Shown here: piece by piece, positions 22,019-33,607 of the stretch | Layout of the letters: each line of letters opens with the position of its first letter | Numbering within the stretch: the first letter of the stretch is position 1 | Notes under the pieces: generated by a model | What the model was told of the DNA's origin: nothing | Database searches by the model: none | The model's input: only the letters and a program-made list of their open reading frames with translations | Assembly (NCBI GenBank): GCA_001687465.1 | Contig: LVLI01000135.1 | Location: 62,001-126,000 of the forward strand | DNA: 64,000 nucleotides | Direction of reading: 5' to 3' | Source: Halocafeteria seosinensis | Taxonomy: Eukaryota | Translations under genes and position numbers: made by a program

Positions 22019-22922
22019 ATGCTCATACAGCAATTAGCCTGCCGGATTCGACCTTCACAGGTAGGACGGAGGCTCTTCAGCACCATTGATGAGGGCGAAT
22101 TAGACCGATTCGGACGCGTAGCGGATCAATGGTGGAGGCAACACAGCCCCACATTTGCCGCCTTGCACTCGTTCAACGATGTGCGAGTACCGTTCATTGA
22201 GCAAGCCGCGGCGACTTGTAGCAGCACAGAGAGCAGTCCTCATCAGAATGACAATTATCTTAAACAAAAGAAAGTTTTAGATGTAGGATGTGGGGGTGGC
22301 ATCTTGAGTGAGGTAAGGTATATGCGGAAGCTATGCGTTGGCGATTGTGTGAGCACTGCCTGTGATTTCTGTGCAGGCGCTTGCTAGACGGCACGCTTAC
22401 GTCACAGGAATTGATGCTGAGAAGCGAAATGTTGTGGCAGCACAGGAGCATGCGAGAGCGATGCATTTAGAGGCTAAAATAGCGTATAGAGCTATTTCTG
22501 CGGAAGAAATGTGCGGAGAAGCTTCGAACGAGTACGACATTGTCGTATGCAGCGAAGTTATTGAGCATGTGAGCAACATGGATGAACTGGTGGCTAGTTT
22601 GGTAGAACTAACTCGTCCCGGAGGCGCAATTGTCTTAACAACAATCAACAGGAATTTATACTCTTTTATGGGAGCGATATTTGTTGCCGAGAACATATTG
22701 AATATAGTACCCAAGGGAACGCACCAATGGCACAAATTCGTTCCACCTGAGGAATTGTCATATCTCTTGCGAAAGCACGGGGCTACGACCACTAGAGCCA
22801 CTGGATTCACATTCTCCCCTTTCAGCTTTCAGTGGGCCTTCTCGGACAGCATGGCGATGAATTATGGCTTAGCATCCACTAAGGATAGGGACAACAAAGA
22901 TACTGGTCCTGCCCAAGGCTGA
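22019..22922 (+). CDS. COQ3: Ubiquinone biosynthesis O-methyltransferase, mitochondrial
   Basis: VLDVGCGGGILSE, SEVIEHV, PKGTHQWHKF; intron at about 22312-22376; transit-like N-terminus. Confidence 0.95.
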
Positions 22923-23015
22923 GCATTGACGGTTCTGCAGAGGCAAGCTTTCACGAAGCTGTCCTGCCCAAGGCTGAGCATTGCCGGTGCTTCAGGGGCA
23001 AACTTTCACGAAGCT
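22906..23015 (+). repeat. 55-bp tandem duplication spanning the COQ3 stop codon
   Basis: gtcctgcccaaggctgagcattg...tttcacgaagct twice, with a few mismatches. Confidence 0.9.
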
Positions 23016-23907
23016 GCAGTGTAAAATTACATTAACCTTACCATTCAGGACTATAAGCACAATGGAACTTGGCAGGTGTGCGGAATAGATCCTGTTGAAG
23101 TTCCCTGCAACAGCATGAAGTGCATCCAAATTTGCCGATATGTAAGCATCCAGGAGCAAGCGGCATGCCTCTATGTATTCTAAATCCATTGGAGTGAGCT
23201 AATACCAGCGAATACCCATGTCTCCGGAACAGAGAATCACTCCCATGTTTCGGAAGAACCCAGTCGTCAGGATTACGCAACCGCCTCATCGTTCTTCTTT
23301 CTTTTCAGTCCTGCAGCTGAAAAGTAAACGGTGTTGGAACAGCTTAGTTTTGCTGGTTCTGGCTGCGAGAACGTACACTATGTCCCGTGCATGCTCTCGA
23401 GTAGCAAATAGCCGGTGAATCCAGATGCTGACAGTCTCTGACACCGCCGGCCCTATAGACTACGTGAGTCCTATTGATCATTATCTTAACTTCAAATAGC
23501 ACTGAGAAGAAGTTACCACATTACAACCTCGTACTTAGTTACTGCCAGCCTGGTGGTACCACCACTGATACCCTGGACACGTTGTCATTTTTCAATGACT
23601 ACCACTCTCTCTTGTGAAGATTCCAGGGTGCGTGCATTACCAAAACTGGCGCAATAAAAAAATTGTAGAGTTGAAGACAGTTCATAAATATGTAAATTGC
23701 GAATGACCCCTACATGATGGAATTAAGTACACCGTGTTGAGTTGTGGGATCCATTGAAGTGTTGGCGAGTCGTCAACTGAGGTGCGGTGCACCTCCACCA
23801 TCATCGTGGCACCATGGCAATTCTAAGAGGTCGCCCCTGCACGCCAGGTCTGTAAGGAATACCATGGTACCCTTGCAATACTGGTAAGCCCATCCAGGAA
23901 AACAGTG

Positions 23908-26467
23908 ATGTCCCCGTCAACTTCCGTAGCTCCCGAGGACTTTTCGGAGGATGAGTGGGATGGATACATCGCAGCCGCCATCCTAACGGGCGTCTTCAAT
24001 CTCCTCGCTCTATTCGCCACGGTTGATCAAGTAAGGCCGGCCGCATACACTGCTTCAGCTGCTGCGATGGGACGTGAGTTTTCATGAATGTTTGCCGCAG
24101 ATGACCAACTACATGCACAGCACGCGACGAAACGTCACGGCGCGGAGAGCGCCCCACAAAGTGGTGAAAATGGGCTCATGTTGCTCATGCCGATTGGATT
24201 TCCGCAAGTCCATTTTTGTTTTGCTTCTCATCAGTTTAATACTGAAGTTGGGGTGGTATATTGACCCTGTGGGACTGCACGGGCTATACCCTCACCCCGT
24301 CAGACTTGTGGTTCTTCGAGTTTCTCAGGTATGACTTCTGCAACTTCCTCACTTGACAATAAAGCGGAATGGTAGAAGATGCCTACTGCATGCAGGCTTG
24401 TCTTCTTCAATGCATTGCGATGATAGGACTAATGTGGAGGCGATTAGCACTGGCTCAGTCAAGGTTTCAAAAGATTAAGTCGGTCATAATGATTGGCAGA
24501 TATAAAGCAGAACTGTTTTGCTTATCGCTTATTTTGTTAGCCATGGTGGGTGTCTCAGTCACCGGGGCACTTGGTGTAGAGCAGACGATCATGGAGAATG
24601 TGGCAAGCATTTTGGTAAGTTCTTGACTCCCGGCCTAAAGCATACAGCGTATTCAATTACTTGATATACTTGCTGAAGTATACAGTTTGGGGCTATCATG
24701 CTACTACTGTTTATCCTCTCGTTTTACGTGTCAAGACGACTAAAGCTGGCCATCACGATTGGCCAGTCCCTAAAGAAGCCAGAGTTTATGGTGATCGATC
24801 AAGACCAAGATACCATCAGCTTAAAGGAACAAGCCCTAGACTTTTTCCGGAAGAAGAAAAACCGAAGGAAGAACTACACAAACTCTGGAAGGACTTCGTA
24901 TGTCTCAGATCCGCGAACAAGCTGGAGCTCAGTGCATTCGGAAGATCCGACCCACAATTCGGAGAACGGAGCACAATTGGCACCTACAAGTCATTTATCA
25001 ACTTCTCAACACAATCATCAGCCGCACCGGAGGTCTCCCGGAGTTTCTAAGCTTCAATCATCAATGCACCATGCACTCGGCCTTTGGACTCTCGCGGGTG
25101 TGCTGTGGGGCGTTTCATTTATATCCGACCAACTGATCGCCGAGGACGGTGGAGAGATATCGGAGCCACTCTCCTGGTGGGATGCTTACTTCTCAATATT
25201 GCGCTCCGTAGAGGTGCTTAGCACAATGGGTGTTCTCGTATCTGTAGGGACCAGGAGTAAGAGGACGCCACGATGCAAACCGTTTACTCTTGATACCCTC
25301 TGTGGGTGGACATGCTGCTGTTTCGTTCAATGCCATTCGAATTTGAACGATGGAATTCTCAGTCATACGGTTTCGACACGAAAGAAGTGCCAGGTACGCT
25401 TGTTGAATGCCATTGGAAGGTGTCCCAAAGTGGAGGCTGCATCGTTTCTTACGATTGGGGAAGGGAACTCCACCGAAGAGAAACCGTTTTCGAACAGACT
25501 AGAGTCCAATCTTCGTAGTCGTCTGAAACGCAAAGCGGTCAGAGCGGAGAATACCCAGCATCGGACTCCGAGGTATGCTTGCTGTTTCACGGCTCTAATC
25601 CTCATAATATGCTGTAGCGTGCGTTCTTGCAGAGTCAATCAAGGCGAGCCAAAAGCTGCACCTTGCCATGTATACTATGACACTGAGAAGCATGGTGTTA
25701 AGCGGAACCGGAAAAATACTTCCAATGTAGAGACCAACGCTAGTGCTCACTCTAGTGTCCAAGCGCCCAACGTGTGGATACGGGAAGAAGGCACTGTAGC
25801 AGGTGAAAGAGCGCTTAGGGAACTGGAACCTTCCAGCGGTCGCAACACGGTTGAAACTAACCCGGAAAGGCCACAATCTACATCTCTATCCGTTGCCACT
25901 GAGTTAACCCAAGCGCCTCATCAGCAAACCAGGAGCCGAAGTACACGGGGAGTGGGGAAGAATCCACAAAGGCACTCTATAGGGGAACATTACTCTCGGT
26001 CCCGCACAAACTCATCCCGGAGGAATACATGGAGTGCTGCTGAGAGACCGTCGCAATCTAAGCCACGAAGCCGTTTAAGCGTTGGTGGAACACGGGTAGA
26101 GAATGGTCCAAGTAGGGACTTCGATAGCGCGGGCGACTGCTCTCTGCCACCGAAGAACGGGCAACGGACGAAAACCGTCTCGAGAGGACTTGGAGCGCAA
26201 CCTGCTTTGCTCCGTCAAATGACTGATGATAACCGGCGTGGTTCTCGGAACAAGACCATGAAGGCGCTCATTAATGCTAGAAGTTCAAGTTTAGGGAGCC
26301 ATGTAGATACCAAACATAATCCTGGATCTGCAATGCAGGGAACGAATGCATCGATTGGTGCAGAACACCGGGTGACTACAGTAGGGACAATCAAGGAACG
26401 GGAAGCTGTAGCTTTCTTGGACAACCCACTGTGGAAAAGCAGTGGAGCAACGCCTCACCAACCGTGA
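23908..26467 (+). CDS. Multi-exon multi-pass membrane protein with a long low-complexity C-terminal tail
   Basis: Successive hydrophobic ORF pieces separated by GT-AG introns, ending in a 589-aa ORF. Confidence 0.6.
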
Positions 26468-26501
26468 GTTCAAGGAACCAAATTGAAATTCTCTAGCCCA
26501 G

Positions 26502-28226
26502 TCATGAAACCCAATCATGGGTAATTACCTCTTCGATCTTGATGCGTTTTTTTGGGTCCGGATTTAGGCACCGGTGGAGAAAGGATTTGCATTGCGGGCT
26601 CACTCTTAGGCTCTCTATAGGAGTCGTAAATTGGCACCAGCGTATCCTAAGTTTGATTATGTCTTGCATCATTTTGTCCGGCCTCTCTCGCGCAATGTTG
26701 TATACCTCCGAGTCGTTCTCAGCACTGAAAAACGGTAGTTTTCCGCTCACCAAAGCATAAGTAACAACTCCTAAGGCCCAAACATCGCATGCTTGAAGAT
26801 CAAGAGGAGCCAATTTCGGATAATCCTCTTTCCATCTCTTTTTCAGTGAGCTAATCATTTCAAACTCAACTTTGTTGGGATAGGCATATGCGTCGCCACT
26901 CAGACCCGCTTCGATTTCTTGGGAGAAGAGTTTCATGGACTGATCTGAGTAGTAGTTCAGTAACTCCGGACTTTGGTAATGAAGCGTCCCTCCGACATGG
27001 GCATAAATAGAGTCTGCAGATAGACCAGATATCTTTGCGGCCATGTTCTTCGCCATGTTGAATGTCGCTATGGAGGAATCGTGCAAGGACTCCGAGACGC
27101 TATTACTTTCTCCTTTCGTTTCGGAAGCAGAATACAGGCGTTTTCCAGAGGGAATAGTCGACACGGCAGATTGATACCTTTGAAGCAAGAGAGGACGACA
27201 GTGTCCGAAATCGATGACTTCCACATGCAGGTCGGGGATCCGGGATCCGCTCTGCTGCCTGTGCGGAAAATAGCAGATAATGTTGTCTAGCTTGATATCT
27301 CTGTGAGCTATGAATAAACAATAGTGCATGTGGTAGAGTGCTTTAGCGACTTGCTCCACAATTCCTCGCGCTTCTGATTCCTCTAACACCTGCCGCTCAA
27401 CTAGCACATCAGCCAAACTACTACACTCTCGGTATTCCGACAAGAGAACCAGAGTGTTGCGTTTTCTAACAAGCGGCATGCTTTTAGCTGTTAAGGCGTG
27501 TAAAAGATTCGGATGAGGATAGGTCGATAGTAGCTCATACGCGGCAATTTCAAGGGAGAGCTGACGACACGCAAGGGGTTCCGGCCAACCGTTCTTGAGT
27601 ACGCATGAAACATAGCTGACCAGATCTATAGCTTTCACAGCTACCCAGTCCACTGCTTCAATTCCTGTTGCTTCTCCTCGCAGCTTATGTACTGTTGCAG
27701 TCATACCATCCCCAACGATGTTTCCGTGGTTGCAGTGCTGTAGAATCTCCTCGAAATTCACCTCTGGCCGATCGCTCTCTTCTCGGACGCCGTAGATACG
27801 ACTAATATCTTCCGTTAACGCCTTGATAACTCTTTGCACAGTGCATTCAATATTCTGGTGATCGATAGCAGTACAGTTCTGTGTCGTTTGTAGTTTAGTT
27901 TCAGTGGAATCTCGCTCTTCCGGGTCGGTGCAGTAGTAGCGCTCCAGATGGAGTTCAGTCTCATGTGGTTGTTTAATGTGCGATTCAGCGGTAGTACTAA
28001 AAGGGGAAATAGCTCCCCCAGGATTACTCCGTTGGGTCTCTTCATCGTAATAATCCTTAACGCTTTCCCCGTATACAGCTACCATACCTGAAGTCAGCTT
28101 TTCCGAGTTCTCCCCCGCCAATTCCTGGTCCTGTTTGCTCCGGCTGCATCGCAGGAGTATGTAGATGAGGAGCACTGCGAGATAGTCGGTCAAAGTAGAG
28201 AAATGAAGTGCATACACCACCATCAA
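26502..28226 (-). CDS. Ser/Thr protein kinase (CAMK-like); start uncertain, possibly 28085
   Basis: GDGMTATV, VAVK, HRDIKLDN, DFG, GTLHYQSPE, DVWALGV. Confidence 0.93.
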   Translation of the reverse strand: MMVVYALHFSTLTDYLAVLLIYILLRCSRSKQDQELAGENSEKLTSGMVAVYGESVKDYYDEETQRSNPGGAISPFSTTAESHIKQPHETELHLERYYCTDPEERDSTETKLQTTQNCTAIDHQNIECTVQRVIKALTEDISRIYGVREESDRPEVNFEEILQHCNHGNIVGDGMTATVHKLRGEATGIEAVDWVAVKAIDLVSYVSCVLKNGWPEPLACRQLSLEIAAYELLSTYPHPNLLHALTAKSMPLVRKRNTLVLLSEYRECSSLADVLVERQVLEESEARGIVEQVAKALYHMHYCLFIAHRDIKLDNIICYFPHRQQSGSRIPDLHVEVIDFGHCRPLLLQRYQSAVSTIPSGKRLYSASETKGESNSVSESLHDSSIATFNMAKNMAAKISGLSADSIYAHVGGTLHYQSPELLNYYSDQSMKLFSQEIEAGLSGDAYAYPNKVEFEMISSLKKRWKEDYPKLAPLDLQACDVWALGVVTYALVSGKLPFFSAENDSEVYNIARERPDKMMQDIIKLRIRWCQFTTPIESLRVSPQCKSFLHRCLNPDPKKRIKIEEVITHDWVS

Positions 28227-28501
28227 GAGAAGGAAGAGTTGTATTACTTACAGGTGCAAATGACAGCCAGGGTCACCAGGAGAATCAGCTCCACACGATT
28301 CATGGCACAAGCATTCTACTCCCACTGGATTGGAGGACAATACACTTATTTATCTTATCTATCATCGCCTTTCCTTATTTATGTATAAATCATGCAACAT
28401 ACCCCTCAAGTGTGCACGGCGTACGCCCCCCACAATTCAAATTGAAGTCCCAGTATGGATTGACTATTTCCTCCATTATACTGCGCTCATTTCTCTTCAA
28501 A

Positions 28502-30528
28502 ATGGGTGATAAAAATAATAAAGGTGATGTTATCGACCTCTCGGTCGATAATGAGCCGGACATGGCTTCCTCGGCGAGCAGCAGCTCAAACTCGAGAAAA
28601 CGCATGGGGAGCCAGGAGCGCAATGCACTCCATAGGAGCTCCATGAAGCGCTATAAGGTCAGTACACCCTCATTGAGGACGGATGGGATGACCTGGTACA
28701 ATAATCGAGTGCCCGTGATGGAGGGAGAGCATGATGTAGCGCGGCAAACAGTGAGATTTCCCCAGTTATTGGATGAGCAATTGCGTGGCAACATTACTTC
28801 TTTGGAGCAAATTGTCAGCCAAAGGAACATAGACAAGCTGTTGTTGAGCACATTCTGTGTGGAACAAGAGTTCATTGCTCCACTCCTCCGCCCAGACGCG
28901 GGGATGGATGTAACACTGGTCCTTCACGGGGGTGATGAGAAACGAGGCAAGGGTCCGAGCACGGAGCGTATCAACAGCAACGTGCTTGCTGTCTATCCAC
29001 AACTCCAAAGGTTTGGCGTGATGCATGCAAAAATTGTTGTTGTTAAGTTCAACAGTGGAACCCTAAGAGTACGTACTGTGAGAGAAGCGGAGGAGGAAGT
29101 TTAGTATTCAGATTTTTTCCATTGCCTACACCCGCAGGTTGTAATTTCCAGTGCTAATCTGACAGAAGTTGACTGGGATATGTACATGCAAAATGTTTGG
29201 TTCCAAGACTTTTCTCCCAAAGGAAACCTTTCCAACCACAATTCGAGTACAGAGCCCACTCATTGTTTTCAGCCGAAGGGGCCCCAGGGTAGGTTTGAAT
29301 TCGTGGTGCGGTGGTCGTGACGGTTACTCTGCATTTCGGAGGTGCAGACTTTGGAACGTATCTGAGAATGCTTATGAACAAATGGAGTGTTCCCATATCC
29401 GCTGCCAATTCATTGATTGGGGAATATAATCTGGATGAGGAGGCCAATGCAACTCTAGTGGCCAGTTACCCTGGAACATTTGCCAATGAAGGGACTATGA
29501 AGGAAGAATCCGAGCGTTTGCTTGGCTTAGACGAAGCGACAAAATATTTCAGCGTCTCACAGTTGCACAAATTTGGACATATGAGAGTCAGAGCCGTACG
29601 TTGCCTCCAGAAACTCCAAATCACGAACGCGTTGGTCGATTCCTTTCCGGACTATGGGCACCATGACAAGCGGAACCTACTATCGGCTGTTCTTTCATGT
29701 GATGATGTTGGGATACAAGGGTCTAGCTTAGGCTCTATTAATGAAGATTTTCTTAAGAGCCTGTATAAGAGTTTCAACGGCGTTGCATACGACAACTCAG
29801 GAGTGTCTGCCAGTGGGGCAGCACCGCCGTATGTGTCGATACTTCAGGACATAATGGACAGAGCTGTTCAAGATGCATCGGAACGGCTTGAAAAGTGCGC
29901 TCTCTCAAAACATTCACAAAGCCCTACTCGTGTTTTATGGCCGACGGATGAGTTCGTTTTGCAGTCCTATTATGGCTGGAGAGGAGCTGGGATGGTCCAC
30001 TTTCAAGAGAAGTTCTGGAACAGGAGCAAGCCTGCCCCGTTTCCTAAAGGATGTTTGCATGCGTTTGAGCTGATTGGCCACCCTAGAAGGCAAGATCCCC
30101 AAGGAAAGGGGTTGAGCGCTCCCTACGTCTGTTCCCACACGAAAGTTGTCTATCCTCAACTACCGGATCGACTAGCTCCCTCCACAAGAGATGCATATCT
30201 TCTACGCAACTGGATATATGTGGGCAGTGCAAACTGTAGCACTTCTGCTTGGGGTCGTGTTTCGAAACCCAAGTCTTCCAAACAAGTAAAGCAGTTTTTG
30301 TCAAACTATGAGCTAGGAGTGATAATCTCCCCGGTTGTGTGCTCTAGGAACCCTGTGAAGAGCAGTTGCGTGGAGCCTGTGGAAGAGACTGCCGTGCCCG
30401 AGTTTGATTTTCGCTTCCACCCTTGTTCACAGAAGTACGCTACGCACATCAAACCGTGGACGTCTGAGAAGTTACACGAGCTACACATGAATGAGATGAA
30501 TTTATTACAACAGATGCAGTCAAGATGA
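28502..30528 (+). CDS. TDP1: Tyrosyl-DNA phosphodiesterase 1
   Basis: Two HKN-type motifs: HAK...ISSANL across an intron, and HTK...YVGSANCS-SAWG; also NYELGV and QGSSLG. Confidence 0.9.
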
Positions 30529-30564
30529 ACGGATATGATTCCAAAGCGTATATTCTTCCGACGA

Positions 30565-32570
30565 TTAACTCTTAACCTCTCGCAAATAATGTGTCAGAAG
30601 CGCAGCACCATAGCCACTTCCCCCTTTCGGAAGATGTCCTTTCTCCTTTGACAGCATTCCAGCGCCGGCAATATCCAAGTGCGCCCAAGGTACCTGCTGA
30701 GAAACGAATTGCTCTAGAAATGCCGCGGCAGTACTGCAGGATATGCACAATGCATATTACAGAACCGAAGCTTTACAGAACTCCGTGACATAAAAAGACT
30801 TACCTTGCTCCACCGCCACGTGACCCTGTTGACATTAAGTCCGCATGTGAGGATCCAGTACGGATAGAATCTCGATGCCCCTCAAGTATGGGAAGTCGCC
30901 AAAGTGGTTCTCGGACGTATGACCCACTTGCAAGTAGTCGTTGACAGAGGTCATCGTTGTTGGAAAATATCCCCCCTGCCTCTTCGCCTAACGCAATGAC
31001 GCATGCTCCTGTTAGCGTAGCTATATCAATAAGTTGTTTTGGATGATGCGTACTCTGTACATGGGTAAACGCGTCTGCCATGACCAATCTTCCTTCTGCA
31101 TCCGTATTACCAACCTCCACGGTCAGCCCCTTCGCACTCTTCAATATCGCATGGGGCTTATAAGCAATAGAGTCAACACAATTTTCAGCCAGAGGGAAGG
31201 AGAAAACAACGTTGCGCTTCAAATTCTGTAAGGCGGTGCCATGGGCGGCCCCTAGTGCTGCCGCAGCTCCGCCCATATCCATATGCATGTTTTCAATGTT
31301 ACCCGTTGGTTTCAGATTCAAACCCCCACTATCAAAAACAATCCCTTTCCCTACTATTGCAGCATCAATTTCCTCAGGCCGGGATGGGTCTCCGATGTAT
31401 TTGAGCTCAATTAAGCGAGGCTCATACCGTCCGGCTTGGCCAACAGCGTAGATCATATTCAACTCCTTTTCGCGTAGCTTATTTCCTCTGATTACCTCCA
31501 TCGTAAACTTGTCTCCATGCATCTTGACAAGATCATTGATGCGATCCTCAAAAGTTTGACAATTTACCTCCTCTTCTCTTTCATTAGACAAATCCCGGGC
31601 CAAGTACATACTATCCGTAATACTACGGCGAAAGTTATCTTCGAAGAATTCGCAACAACTATTTACATATCCCATGTTTGCTTTCTCAGATCCCGAGGGT
31701 CCAGTGGTGCACCTTATGCCTTCCACAGTTTTTGGCCTTTTTGCTTTACGGGTTAAATGGCGAGAAAAGCTGTAGTTAGCTCCTTGAAAAGAGTGAAGAA
31801 ATATGTCAGTGTTACTGGATTGCTGAGAGGACTCAGAAGAGTCTTCCGCCAAATCGAAAACAAGTTCCACATTGCATGCTTTGAGTCTCTGAAGCTCTTT
31901 GCGAATCGAGTAGCCTGCCTTGTGAAAGTTTTCAGCTGTAACCGTTCCATTCTGTAGTCCACCCGAAGCATCAATGATATGAAACACCGTCTGCGGCTGA
32001 AACCGAGAAGATCTGACAACTTACAGATCCAATAGAGTACACTATATGCTGCTGTTGTGTTCCATCCGTCCCGATTGCCGCCATACCCCCTGAAGGCTTC
32101 TGCAACAAGGAAGCACCGGCCCCCAGTTTCGAGTAAGGCCAAGGAAGGGAGGAGGTATCTATATTCTGCAGCCCATCCTCCTCTTCCTCATCCAGAGAAG
32201 TGTCTTCCTGAGGATCCTGACTGGAGGCCAGCGATGGCAGTATAGTCTCCCGATTGACAATGTACACTTTGGCATCAACTTCGGCATCACTGGACAGCCA
32301 TTTCAATGGGGATCGCCATCGTGGGAACTCATCTCCCTGTGGTTGTGGTCCATCACCAGTGCCTGTGCTCGTAGAAAGCCTACAAGACGCCAGGGTACCT
32401 CCGATAGCTACAGGGAAACGAGCAGCTCCTCGAGTCGCATTGATCAATCGGAAGCCTTCCTGGACACCACACACTGAACTCTTCCTCACTCTGGCGGTGC
32501 TTCGCCGGCTGCTGTTGTATGCAGCCTTAGACGCAGTTCGTCTTATCATTCTCATACTACTCCCTAACAT
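30565..32570 (-). CDS. M17 leucyl aminopeptidase with transit-like N-terminus, multi-exon
   Basis: GKGIVFDSGG, DMGGAA, NTDAEGRL, DIATLTGA, WAHLDIAG. Confidence 0.95.
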
Positions 32571-32748
32571 TGTCCGCTAAGTGAACCAAGAGGGTCTGTC
32601 CTATCTACCTGAACCTTCAACACGTACTCCTATATTTCGTCTTGGTATAATTCAGAGACAATGCTGTGTGGCAAGAAAATCTCTGAGGCAGCCTATTATA
32701 GATACTTAATTCCTCTTGCATTCTGTTAACTCGCCTAGAGTGCACCGT

Positions 32749-32821
32749 GCTGCCTTAGCTCATTCGGTAGAGTGCTTGACTGAAGATCAAGAGGTGCCCG
32801 GATCGAAACCGGGAGGCAGCA
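32749..32821 (+). tRNA. tRNA-Phe(GAA)
   Basis: Acceptor stem GCTGCCT/AGGCAGC, anticodon arm CTTGA-CTGAAGA-TCAAG, T arm CCCGG-ATCGAAA-CCGGG; no encoded CCA. Confidence 0.95.
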
Positions 32822-32824
32822 TCA

Positions 32825-32832
32825 TTTTTTTG
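32825..32832 (+). terminator. RNA polymerase III oligo-T terminator
   Basis: T run immediately downstream of the tRNA. Confidence 0.8.
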
Positions 32833-33607
32833 TTCTTTTGCCCTTCCATCATTGTGGCATTGTGACACAGTGTGCATGCAAGAATGTCAAACAAGTAAAA
32901 CAGGGACAAATAAACAAAAATTTCGTCTTCTTGAATGCCCTTATAGGGCTGTCAGGCACCTCGATACGCGGAATCCCTGGCTTCTCGAAGTACCCGATTT
33001 CAGTACACTTGTACTGTACACGCCTTTCTAAGTGCTCGTTAACAAATCTGCATAGTTGAACATGCACCAGAAGCATATGTAGGACAGGAAGGCTTTATCT
33101 GGTGTTAGCTTCTTGGCCGCAACAACTTTTCACCGAGACAGTTTGAAGTCTCGGTCACATGTGTGAGACATGTATGACCACGGAAACGGATTGATTCTAT
33201 CTACCAGTAGCATGAGCTTGTGCAAACTATCAAGTGGAAGTAATATTTTTTCATTTTCAGTATGGAAGAAAAGGGGAGGGCTTCATTCCGAGTGTAATTG
33301 GTTGTCTACGAGGCCACTACGTGTGTCACAGCCTCCCCCACTTATATTAAAATAAGACAGTCTCGATACTTAGGAAACTCCCCGCAGTAGTTCAAACATG
33401 CTTGTCGTTTTTTCTTCGATGCTTGTTCCAAAATGTAGAAACTAGCGTATCAATCTAGACCCACCGTTTGAGGTGCGTACACGACATCTCGACTTCAGCT
33501 TCACAACCCTCTAGAAAGAAGAGTCGGTCAATTGTTGACGTGTTTGGAATCTACTGTATTGGTAGTCGACAATGCGCCGCTAGGTAGATACAGACAGACA
33601 TGCAATA

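Noticed and set aside
23038..23600. Small minus-strand gene convergent with COQ3
   Set aside because: Could not build a stop-free spliced model; left uncalled.
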